Shown here piece after piece: positions 55,404-64,000 of a stretch of 64,000 bases of DNA. Source of the DNA: Ignavibacteriota bacterium (GTDB taxonomy: Bacteria > Bacteroidota > Ignavibacteria > UBA10030 > UBA6906); NCBI GenBank assembly GCA_963849385.1, contig CAWKHH010000009.1, positions 77,337 through 141,336 of the forward strand, read 5' to 3'. Both the position numbers and the translations under genes were made by a program. The stretch's first letter is position 1, and every line of letters begins with the position of its first letter. The notes under the pieces were generated by a model that worked only from the letters and a program-made list of their open reading frames with translations, was not told where the DNA came from and made no database searches.

Positions 55404-56588
55404 TCATGTGGAAAGCTTTTTCATGAGGGATTTCAGCTCCTCAACTTCCTTGTTGTTTTCCAGATACGACTTAATCAATTTCTTCCGCAGCTCATCGCCG
55501 CGATCGTACAGGTGCTTCAGCTTCTTCGGCTTTGTCGTCTGCAGTACGTACGCTACCAGCAACGGAAACGCGACCGTCACATCGACGTAGGCGGTCACGG
55601 TCTCTTCCAGCTTTGTGGGGTCGATCTTGCCCCAGCTCACCGCTTCGCTGGGAGGGGCGCCGGAAAGCCCGCCGGTGTCCGGACGTGCATCGGTGATGTT
55701 GATATCGTAGTCCTGGCCGGCCTCCGGGATCATCAGCACTTCCTGGATTTGCGGTTCCGTCTGCAGCAGGAAGTTTTTCGGGCTTCCCCCTCCGATAAGG
55801 AGGACGCCGGTCTTCCCTTTCTCGTAGGTCTTGGCGTTGAGGATAATGGCGGTTGAATCGTTGACGTCGATGCTTGGATTGATCTTGAGTTTGAAATGGT
55901 TCTGAAGTCCCCCGGCCTCAGCGAGGAGTTCCAGTCCCGCCACGTTCATTCCGATCGTGGAATCACCCGGCGAGGAGGTGAACACCGGGATTCCGTTGCG
56001 GTATGCCGCCGCCAGAACGCTCACCTCGCCCAGTTTGTTTTTCTGTTCGTACTCGTTCAGAACTTTCCCGAGGTGATGGTAGAATTCTCTCGTTCCCATT
56101 TCTTTCTGGAATTCCGGCTGGAGCATGATCTTCCGCAAAATGCGGTCAGTCGCCATCAGAACGTCCTGGTAGTCGAACAGTATATCGTAAATCCGGGTCA
56201 CTCCCTTGTCTCGCAGATCGGCATCGTCCACAGTGTGGCTGCCGCGGAACAGAGGCATGTTAAGGGCAAAGTGCATGTCATGGTACATGTTGGCCCCCGT
56301 CGCGACGAGCCAGTCCACGAAGCCATGATTCATGAGCGGTATGATTGTTGATGGGCCAAGACCGGCCGGCGTCAACGCACCCGCAATGCTCAACCCGATG
56401 GTGACGTCCTTCTGCGAGTACTTGTCGCGCATCAACTGACATGCAGCCCTCAATCTTCCTCCATTGTAGGCATCCATGTTGTCGATGACACTGGCGACAT
56501 CGCTCTCTTTCGTAATTGGCTTGGGTAGCACTCGTTTCCCCGAAAGATACGAATGCCGGTCAACATGGTGTTTCTTAGAGTGGTCCAT
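55404..56588 (-). CDS. deoxyhypusine synthase-like protein (candidate homospermidine synthase)
   Basis: DHS-family spermidine/NAD-binding fold. Located between the decarboxylase and agmatinase genes. Confidence 0.75.
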   Translation of the reverse strand: MDHSKKHHVDRHSYLSGKRVLPKPITKESDVASVIDNMDAYNGGRLRAACQLMRDKYSQKDVTIGLSIAGALTPAGLGPSTIIPLMNHGFVDWLVATGANMYHDMHFALNMPLFRGSHTVDDADLRDKGVTRIYDILFDYQDVLMATDRILRKIMLQPEFQKEMGTREFYHHLGKVLNEYEQKNKLGEVSVLAAAYRNGIPVFTSSPGDSTIGMNVAGLELLAEAGGLQNHFKLKINPSIDVNDSTAIILNAKTYEKGKTGVLLIGGGSPKNFLLQTEPQIQEVLMIPEAGQDYDINITDARPDTGGLSGAPPSEAVSWGKIDPTKLEETVTAYVDVTVAFPLLVAYVLQTTKPKKLKHLYDRGDELRKKLIKSYLENNKEVEELKSLMKKLST

Positions 56589-56607
56589 AGTTTTCCTTCT
56601 TTATGTG

Positions 56608-57531
56608 CTATGTGGTATGAGGTTTCTGGAAAGCGTAGTTCATCAGCTTGTAGGTGAGCTTTGCTGTCGTATAATCCGGATACGGCAGAGCTTTGATCGG
56701 GGCGAACTCAACGACGTCGCATCCCACGATGGTCTTCTGCTCGCCGATCATGCGCAGAAGCTTCATAGTCTCCGCCCAGAAAAGTCCGTTGGGTTCGGGC
56801 GTCCCGGTGCTTGGCATGATCGGTGGATCGAATGCATCTACATCAAACGTCACGTAGACGTGCTGCGTAAGTCTCGGAAGAATCGAGGGAATCCAGTCTT
56901 CTGTGGCGCGAATCTGGTGTGCATACAGGGTGGTCATCCCGCTGCGACGGATGAACTCCGCTTCCTCAGGAGACAACGCGCGAATGCCCACCTGCACTAC
57001 CCGCGCCGGATCCATAAATTCGCATACGCGCGCCATCACGCAGGCATGGCTGAATTTCGAGCCTTCGTAGGTGTCTCGCAGATCCGCATGAGCGTCGAAC
57101 TGAATCACCGAGAGATCGGGGTATCTCTCCAGATGGGCTTTGATCGGCGCCTGAGAGATGGTATGCTCACCTCCCAGAACGGTGACAAATTTCCCGTCAT
57201 CAATGAGCTTCTTCACCGCCCCATAAATCTTCGCAATCGCTCTGTCGTCGGTGCTCTTGCCGAGGTTCAGGGCCGGCAGCGTGGCGATGCCGATGCTCTC
57301 GCAGAGTTCCGTGCCAAGCTCTTCGTCATAGAACTCCACATACCGCGAAGCATCAAGGATGGCCCGGGGGCCGCGTCCGGTGCCTCCACCATAGCTTACC
57401 GTGTGTTCATAGGGAACGGGGAGCACGACGATTTGTGAAGAACCGTACGAAGAGTTCTGGCTCTCAATACCGAGGAAGTTCTTTCTTTTTCCAAGAACTG
57501 TGAATCCCGACGCTGTTTTCATATCGCGCAT
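56608..57531 (-). CDS. speB: agmatinase (arginase/ureohydrolase family)
   Basis: Arginase-family Mn-binding motifs (GGEHTIS, DAHADL, DVDAFDP). Start ATG is ambiguous (57531 or 57522). Confidence 0.8.
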   Translation of the reverse strand: MRDMKTASGFTVLGKRKNFLGIESQNSSYGSSQIVVLPVPYEHTVSYGGGTGRGPRAILDASRYVEFYDEELGTELCESIGIATLPALNLGKSTDDRAIAKIYGAVKKLIDDGKFVTVLGGEHTISQAPIKAHLERYPDLSVIQFDAHADLRDTYEGSKFSHACVMARVCEFMDPARVVQVGIRALSPEEAEFIRRSGMTTLYAHQIRATEDWIPSILPRLTQHVYVTFDVDAFDPPIMPSTGTPEPNGLFWAETMKLLRMIGEQKTIVGCDVVEFAPIKALPYPDYTTAKLTYKLMNYAFQKPHTT

Positions 57532-58294
57532 TTGGGTTTGGTGAGTGAACGGGAAACGTGACTGAAATCTAGGACAGAAAGGGGTTATTCGCAAGCAAAA
57601 CAAAAGTTAAGGATGACAGTGAGTTTCGTTCGTGATAGCTCTGGACATATCGATTCAGGGCTGTACCTCTTCAATATTCCATCCGCTCCAACATAGCGAA
57701 TCCGGACCTCTGTCGCTACTTTGAAATGTGTATCAACCAACCGGACAGAAGCCCAGACCGAGGGGGGAGATTGACCAGGTGGGTGTGGTGAACGGGCCGC
57801 ATCACTATTACTACCGAAGGGTCGTGTAAGAGCTACTGAAGAGTTGATTGCCGCAATGTTGGCAGTGTGGATCGAGGGAAATCTATTTCATCGGTCGAAC
57901 AAACGCGTCTCTTCGGACAGAACTTGCGCGCTCTTCCCTCTTGACAAACCCAGAACTCTCCCCCACGCACCTTCTCATGGAACAGAATATCGCACTTAAC
58001 TCATGAACCGCGATGGGAGTATGCCTCGGATGGAATATTGACGACGGACAACTCCCCTCTCTTTGACTCGAGATACCCCGACAGGTACATCATCGGCCGG
58101 TTTGGCCAAGGAGACAGGCATACCCGGAGAACTCTCAAAGATGACATGTGCACGTCTTGGACACGTTCGAAAGACGTGTCAACTCCAGGGACGGGATCAA
58201 ATACTCAATAGGCCAGTCGCTCACCCAATTCGCGTTTGACTATTCTCTTGTTCTGAGTTATTTTGTCGGCGTGAACCCACTTGAAGGAACTGTC

Positions 58295-60576
58295 ATGGCT
58301 GCCCTCGTTGGTCAGATGGTCTCTCACTACAGGATCCTCGCACACCTCGGCAGCGGCGGCATGGGCGTCGTCTACAAGGCCGAGGACACCCGGCTGAAGC
58401 GAACCATTGCGCTGAAGTTCCTCCCTCCCGAGTTCACGCAAGATCAGACCGCACGGGAACGCCTTTTCCACGAAGCCCAGGCAGCCTCCGCATTGGAGCA
58501 TACCAACATATGCTCGGTCCATGAGCTCGGAGAGCACGACGGCCGCACGTTCCTCGTCATGGGGTTCTACGAAGGCGAGACTCTCAGGAAAAGATCGATC
58601 ACGGGCCGATGCCGATTGACGCTGTCCTGGATATCGCGATCCAGGTTGCCCGGGGGCTCTCCCGTGCACACGAAGCGGGCATCACCCATCGCGACATCAA
58701 GCCGGCGAATCTCATCGTGACCACCCGGGGTGAGGTAAAGATCCTGGATTTCGGCCTGGCGAAGCTCGCCGGACGGACAATGCTCACCAGGAGCGGATCG
58801 ACGCTCGGCACAGCGGCCTACATGTCCCCGGAGCAGGCGCGGGGAGAGAGCGTTGATCATCGGACGGACATCTGGTCGCTGGGGGTGGTGCTCTACGAGA
58901 TGATCGCGGGCCGTCGGCCGTTCGCCAGCGAATACGAGCAGGCGCTGGTCTATCAGATTCTCAACACAGAGCCGGAGCCGTTGACGAGGGTCCGTCCCGA
59001 GACGCTCCCCGGCCTGGCACAGATCGTCGGACATGCCCTGGCAAAGCAGCCGGCAGAGCGTTATCAGACCATGGAGGAGTTCCGGGACGATCTCGCGGCC
59101 GTCGCCGAGGGCCTCAAACCCCTCAAAGCCAAGCCTCTGGTCGACCATCCCGAGAAGTCCATCGCCGTGCTACCCTTTATCAACGACAGCCCCGACCAGG
59201 AGAATACCTATTTCATCAACGGGGTGATGGAGGAGATTCTGAACAACCTCCAGAAGATCAAGGCGCTCAGGGTCATCTCCCGCACGTCGGTCGAACAATA
59301 TCGGGAAAGGAAAAAAACCGTCCGCGAGATCGCCGAGGAGCTGGGCGTGAACTACATCGTGGAGGGCAGCGGTCAGAAATACGGCAACGTCTTCCGCCTG
59401 AGGGCCCAGCTGATCATGGCCGAGCATGAGTCACATCTCTGGGGGGAGTCTTTCCAGCAAAAGATCACCGATGTTGAGGATATCTTTAACATCCAGATCA
59501 GAATCGCCAAATCCATAGCCGAGGAGCTCCGAGCGGTCATATCCCCTGAAGAGAAAAAGCTCATTGAGAAGATACCGGTCGCGGACCTTGCCGTTTATGA
59601 CGAATATCTGAAGGCCCGCTCTTACGTTTATGATGGTCGAAGGGAAGCTTTGAACAAAGCCCTGAAGTTCCTGACCAGCGGCGTCGCGAAAAACCCCGGC
59701 TGGGCGCCTCTCTATGCGGGTCTGGCGGAAGCCTGGCTGTGGATACAACAGAACGCGTACGAACAGCCGTCCGTCACCGCTCCCCAGATCATCGAGAACC
59801 TGAACAAGGCGCTGGCATTGGACCCGGATCTTGCTGAAGCTCATTATCTCAGCGCCCTGATCGCACATCTCGTGGATTGGGACTGGGAGAAGAGCGAAAA
59901 GGAGTTCTTGAAGGCCCTGGCCATCAACCCCAACGATGCCCTTTCCAGGGGACTCTATGCGCAGCTCTTGTTGATCCTGCACAGGAAAGATGAGGCTTTG
60001 GCCCAGAATGAGCTGGCGCTGAGCCTTGACCCGCTGAATCCCATGATGAAGCTCTTCAATATCGGAACGCTGTTGCAGGCCGGTGAATATCAGACCAGCT
60101 TGTCTCTCGCGGAAGAAGCTTTGGCCGACGATCCGGACAATTTCAACCTCAATCAGATGATCGAGATCGCCGCTTACAGGTTAAAGCAGTACGACAAAGT
60201 CCTCCGAGCGGTCCGATATGTTCTTCCCTTTCCCCTCGAGGAAGATGCTTATAAGGACATCGAGAGGATCTACAGCGAATCGGGGATCGTTACGGCGTAT
60301 GAAAAGATCGTGGAACGTCTTGAGAAATACGCTGAAAGCCAGCCCGTCGGCTTTTGGGATATGGCCTTCAGGTATCTTGTGGCGGATCAACCCGATAAAT
60401 CCATGGATTGGGTCGAGAAGGGATTCGAGATGCACGACCCGCTCATGACCTACATCACCACACCAGCGCAATATTTCGATCGACTGTTCGGAAATCCGAG
60501 ATTCATGGCCATATGTGAGAAGATGAACCTTTCGCTTCCAAGATACCTCCCCCCCCGAGGCGTTCAAGGATCTTAG
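58295..60576 (+). CDS. serine/threonine protein kinase with C-terminal TPR-repeat domain; frame break near 58595
   Basis: [11 protein letters not shown] glycine loop, IALK lysine, [12 protein letters not shown] and SPE motifs, then TPR-like repeats. ORFs 58148-58720 and 58609-60576 are in adjacent frames. Confidence 0.8.
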
Positions 60577-60792
60577 GGAGAACGAAACCGCGAAAGTGGG
60601 ACCACATCGCAACGACCGCCGATGGGCTAGACCGGATCCACAACATTGCCTGCCCAACGGACGGTTTTCCACATGAGTGCAGAGTGATGAGCCTCTTGTA
60701 ATCTTGAACATCGTGTTTCCCCCGCAATGGCTCCTCCGACGGTTGTTCGGTCAGCTCCATAGCCGTGTTAAGCGCCCGCACCCTTCCTCACG

Positions 60793-61020
60793 TCAAGGTA
60801 TATCAGATAATCCGTAGTCGGCGGCACAACGTCCAATTGACGCAATAACGTCCCCAACTGCCCATCCATTATTCCGGTCAACAAACCATAGTCCGTGAAA
60901 ATAACCCAATTGAACATCTCGAACGAGCTTCCATTCGCCTTGTGGTGGATTCGGTTCCGTGGCATTCTTGCATCCAATACTCATTATCAACAGACAGAAA
61001 GTCAATATGCTCTTTGTCAT
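60793..61020 (-). CDS. small hypothetical lipoprotein (lower-GC patch)
   Basis: ATG with lipobox LLIMSIGC. 75 aa. Confidence 0.35.
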   Translation of the reverse strand: MTKSILTFCLLIMSIGCKNATEPNPPQGEWKLVRDVQLGYFHGLWFVDRNNGWAVGDVIASIGRCAADYGLSDIP

Positions 61021-61150
61021 AAGGTCTTTTCCAGAACCCAGAATGTTGACAACGCACGGCGCATTCTGCAGCACTCGGTCCACCTGCGCCCCTCACACCA
61101 TTGTTTAAATCCACGCGGCATCAGGTACAGGCGGTTGGTAGGCGGACAAC

Positions 61151-61642
61151 CTATTGATGACGAACTGGAATTTTCCGCTCGGCCGTCCAAGCAAAGGGAC
61201 CCAAGCTACTTGGCTGCCCAGTGGCAGGATTCCAGAATCCTCCACTCAAGGCACACTGAATCACAACACTGTCCAGATGTGCAAGACTGCTATTTGTCCA
61301 GAAACCCTGTGATAAAACATACGACCTGCCAACCGAACCCGGATATAGATAATAGTAAAAAACACTAGTAGACATAAATCCAATCGGGACGAAGTCCACT
61401 TCATCCAACGTACCCGGAAGCCCCTCGAAATGATACTTAACAGTGCAAGGGAAATACGCCCAAAGACTGTCGTTGCCCGGATTCACCTTGACAGTACATT
61501 CCACTGCGAACACATCGACTACGAACTTCCCTGACCCGGGTTGGGGTGCAGTCGTAGCGTCTGGTGTCATTACCAAACCAACATCCTTGCACCCAACAAT
61601 CGCTGATGCGAGCAATATTGCGAAGCATGCGTATCGGATCAA
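61151..61642 (-). CDS. hypothetical lipoprotein (lower-GC patch)
   Basis: TTG start preceded by an AAAGGAG RBS, lipobox LLASAIVGC, and 163 aa with 4 Cys. Confidence 0.45.
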   Translation of the reverse strand: MIRYACFAILLASAIVGCKDVGLVMTPDATTAPQPGSGKFVVDVFAVECTVKVNPGNDSLWAYFPCTVKYHFEGLPGTLDEVDFVPIGFMSTSVFYYYLYPGSVGRSYVLSQGFWTNSSLAHLDSVVIQCALSGGFWNPATGQPSSLGPFAWTAERKIPVRHQ

Positions 61643-61672
61643 GGTTCCATTCTCCTTTCGAAGGGTGGCGCC

Positions 61673-61696
61673 CTAACGCGGCTCACCTGCGCCGCC
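61673..61696 (-). promoter_or_regulatory. conserved upstream motif (copy A); minus-strand reading GGCGGCGCAGGTGAGCCGCGTTAG
   Basis: Nearly identical to a motif at 63346-63370 and related to 62560-62575. Each lies 31-59 nt upstream of a minus-strand start codon. Confidence 0.35.
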
Positions 61697-61876
61697 AACT
61701 CAATTGTGGAGAGTGACAACAAACAACTATTCCCGAACTGCCAAAATGTGAGCCACGCATGCCGAGCCAGTTCCATCGGCATTCATCGCCTTAATCCAAC
61801 CCCAGCTCAGATATATGTCAGTAGTGTCTTTTGCGACACATTCCATTGCGAGTACTGCTCAACCGGGCAACCGCCA

Positions 61877-62530
61877 CTACTTCAGCTGTGCTCTCAGCAT
61901 GTAAGACGTACCGGTGTAATTGGTGCCCGCGTTTGAATATGAGGTGAAACGGGTCACGCCGCGCAAAGATTCAAGTTGGACTGTGTCATTGGCGCTAATG
62001 GTCTGTGTGGCGTCGAGAAACTGCAACCGCAAGAGACTGGACGTTGAAGTCAAGTATCTCATGACCACCACCGAGTCCTTGATTGGAACGCTGTCCTCCC
62101 GAAGAGGGAACCGCCAGACACGCGATGTCACCGAGAGCGAATGCAACCCAACCGTACTCTCGCTCAGCGTCAATGTTAGTGAAGTATCAATCCAATAGGG
62201 CGCTGGGCTTCCTGCGAACGTTGACGACACACGACGAAACAAGTGTGATTTTTCCACAACAGTCCATTGCACTCTGCCATAGGAGTCCGTAGTGGAATCG
62301 ATAACGCTGTATTCCACGGTCCCAGAATCAGAGGTGGTCGATGACTGACCCATTTGGCGCCGGTATTCTACGGAATACTGATAGTCGTAAACGTACTTGA
62401 GACCAGCGTGAAGGGGGAGGCCATCATATCTCGATTCAGCCATCCCAACTGAATTGTCACTATTGGTACAGGATAGGCTGACCCCTAAGGAGATCAAGAG
62501 TATCACGGTTGAAACCGGGTTGATTCGCAC
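61877..62530 (-). CDS. hypothetical Ser/Thr/Tyr-rich lipoprotein (lower-GC patch)
   Basis: Lipobox LGVSLSC and 217 aa. No family recognised. Confidence 0.45.
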   Translation of the reverse strand: MRINPVSTVILLISLGVSLSCTNSDNSVGMAESRYDGLPLHAGLKYVYDYQYSVEYRRQMGQSSTTSDSGTVEYSVIDSTTDSYGRVQWTVVEKSHLFRRVSSTFAGSPAPYWIDTSLTLTLSESTVGLHSLSVTSRVWRFPLREDSVPIKDSVVVMRYLTSTSSLLRLQFLDATQTISANDTVQLESLRGVTRFTSYSNAGTNYTGTSYMLRAQLK

Positions 62531-62642
62531 ATGCCCCTAAGTGTATGATCGAGCCATTGCGAGCCGCCTAACGGTTGAGTTCAGCGGCGCACCTGCAGGG
62601 TGCGTCCGCTTCAACGAGTTGTTAGCGCGCATGCTCCTCACA

Positions 62643-63311
62643 TCACCACATATTATTCGCCATCTTTTTGCGGCGGGCCAACTCTTTTTCGCTCGGCTCG
62701 ATACTCGCGAACGAACCGGGCCGGATATCGCCGATAGGCACATAGGTACTCATCACAACGCCAGTTTTTGAAACCTTCGAAGCCACGAGCCGCAGTGCAC
62801 ATGGTCTTGCACTATTTTCAAACAGTCGCTTTCCACGACCAAGAACGACGGGGTACGCCCATACGGTGTATTCGTCAATGAGCGATGCGGCTTGTAGCGT
62901 CTGAATCAGATTTCCGCTGCCAATGATTTGAAGCTCTTGTCCGGGCTGACCCTTGAGCGCGGTTATGGCTGAAACGATGTCACCGCCAAGTACCGACGAA
63001 TTGTTCCACTGCAATGACTTCAACGTGCGGGACGCCACATGCTTTTTTGCCGCGTTGAGCGTCCTCGCAATCTCATTGTCCTCTGATTGGTAAGGCCAAT
63101 ACGCCTCGAATATTTCATAGGTTTTACGACCCAGTACAAGCTCTCTATCTTTACCATCGAAACCTGCCGCAGAAAGATCCACCTCTGCGTCCATGAAAGC
63201 GAATAGCCAACCACCTAACGTGAAATTGCCGGTTGGATCTTCGGTCGGTCCTCCTGGTGCCTGCATGACACCGTCCAGTGATGTAAATGTGGACGCAACG
63301 AGTTTCCTCAT
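62643..63311 (-). CDS. dihydrofolate reductase-family protein (RibD C-terminal domain-like)
   Basis: LDGVMQAPGGP...GRKTYE...GSGNLIQTL pattern of the RibD_C/DHFR-like family. Good RBS (TAGGAGAG). Confidence 0.7.
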   Translation of the reverse strand: MRKLVASTFTSLDGVMQAPGGPTEDPTGNFTLGGWLFAFMDAEVDLSAAGFDGKDRELVLGRKTYEIFEAYWPYQSEDNEIARTLNAAKKHVASRTLKSLQWNNSSVLGGDIVSAITALKGQPGQELQIIGSGNLIQTLQAASLIDEYTVWAYPVVLGRGKRLFENSARPCALRLVASKVSKTGVVMSTYVPIGDIRPGSFASIEPSEKELARRKKMANNMW

Positions 63312-63345
63312 ATAACTCTCCTACGATTGAATGTCATTGTGCGCG

Positions 63346-63370
63346 CTAACGATCGGCTCGCCTGCGCCGC
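63346..63370 (-). promoter_or_regulatory. conserved upstream motif (copy B); minus-strand reading GCGGCGCAGGCGAGCCGATCGTTAG
   Basis: See copy A. Lies 35-59 nt upstream of the DHFR-family gene ATG. Confidence 0.35.
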
Positions 63371-63473
63371 AAATAGCGCAAAAGCCACTCACCATCGAGA
63401 GGCCTCTCATTTCATCCCCCGATGCCTGTAATTAATGTAAGGTGGCGGTTTGGCATTGTCAATTGACGTGTCA

Positions 63474-64000
63474 TCACAGCACGAAGACGTAAAGTACTTT
63501 GAGACTAAACAGCGCATAAACCCTATCGTCAGTATTTGACAAACACACTAAGGAGGGTTCAAGACATATGTTCCCGGAAATCCTTGCGACAGCCCCGGCA
63601 CCGAGCATATAGATCCAATAGTGCCTGGCTCGCGGTTCAATCTGAAATCCGTCGTTCGATTCCCTATTCAACGATATCCTGCCAATCCGTTCAAGGACAT
63701 ATCCGCCTCCTATCTGGAAGAATGGCTTGATCCGGTTTGTATCGGACGGCTCGGTGAAGCGAATACCCATATCCAAACGAAGATGATGGATGCCATCGCC
63801 AGATGCGGAAGGTTGTCCTGATGTTCCGTTTGCGCTCATCGTAATGTATTTCCAGTCGTCATCGCGCAGGGGAAACAGATTGTATGTGATACTTGGGACA
63901 ATCCTAAGCCAATTTGCCACCACAATTCCTCCGACTACACCCGCGCTAAGACCAACCGCCCAATAACCGTCCAGGAAGAATGGATCGCCTAATGATATTG
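63474..64000 (-). CDS. outer-membrane beta-barrel (porin-like) protein, partial; the 5' end lies beyond the window
   Basis: Open frame continues to the window edge. Alternating amphipathic strands with a C-terminal LYVFVL. Confidence 0.4.
   Translation of the reverse strand, partial: ISLGDPFFLDGYWAVGLSAGVVGGIVVANWLRIVPSITYNLFPLRDDDWKYITMSANGTSGQPSASGDGIHHLRLDMGIRFTEPSDTNRIKPFFQIGGGYVLERIGRISLNRESNDGFQIEPRARHYWIYMLGAGAVARISGNICLEPSLVCLSNTDDRVYALFSLKVLYVFVL

Noticed and set aside
57604-58294. tmRNA, RNase P RNA, SRP RNA or 6S RNA in the long intergenic region
   Set aside because: I could not find the hallmark conserved motifs (tRNA-like T-arm GGTTCGAnTCC plus CCA end, the RNase P GGAAAGUCCGG box, or the SRP domain IV sequence) on either strand. 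Left as an unassigned candidate ncRNA or leader only.
60768-61083. Ycf48/BNR-like beta-propeller repeat in the small lipoprotein (GWAVGD) suggesting a truncated larger gene
   Set aside because: Neither alternative frame continues with the expected TxDGG(x)W pattern, so it is treated as a short stand-alone lipoprotein.
63560-63610. 14-codon ORF with a perfect AAGGAGGG Shine-Dalgarno on the plus strand
   Set aside because: It lies inside, and antisense to, the porin-like gene. It is too short and there is no supporting context.

Overview
This 64 kb window (about 60% GC) comes from a Gram-negative bacterium and is mostly core genes. Lol, BamD, OmpA-family and system-I cytochrome c maturation genes are present. 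One secreted protease carries a T9SS-type C-terminal sorting domain and there is a DUF3098 protein, which points to an FCB-superphylum-like lineage (inference). The minus strand carries a 19 kb co-directional block: aspS, prfB, two LolC/E-family permease genes and lolD (lolCDE), DUF3098, a hypothetical gene, capA, bamD, a thioesterase, a metalloprotease and ccmABCDE(F). The rest is housekeeping and metabolic genes: aspartate aminotransferase, pckA, a DUF853/HerA-like ATPase, MarR plus YceI, an epimerase, a P-type ATPase, htpX, plsC, trxA, dnaE, an aldehyde dehydrogenase, proS, two M16 peptidases, a D-aminoacylase-like amidohydrolase, a DEAD-box helicase, an ABC-F ATPase, a CoxS/IorB-type molybdo-oxidoreductase, and a polyamine cluster of agmatinase, a deoxyhypusine-synthase-like gene and an ornithine-decarboxylase-like gene. 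The right end holds a Ser/Thr kinase with TPR repeats, a lower-GC (about 45-48%) patch of three small lipoprotein genes that share a conserved upstream motif, a DHFR-family gene and a partial OMP. The most pervasive feature is that at least 30 conserved genes are broken into adjacent or overlapping ORFs in different frames, through both +1 and -1 shifts plus one in-frame TGA. Affected genes include lolD, prfB (in addition to its canonical programmed +1 site), aspS, dnaE, the ABC-F gene, both M16 peptidases and the YncE/phosphoesterase fusion. This pattern fits an indel-rich assembly better than biology, but it could be genuine pseudogenisation in some genes. No CRISPR array, rRNA or tRNA was recognised. 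Nucleotide-level positions of the shifts are approximate because they were read by eye.
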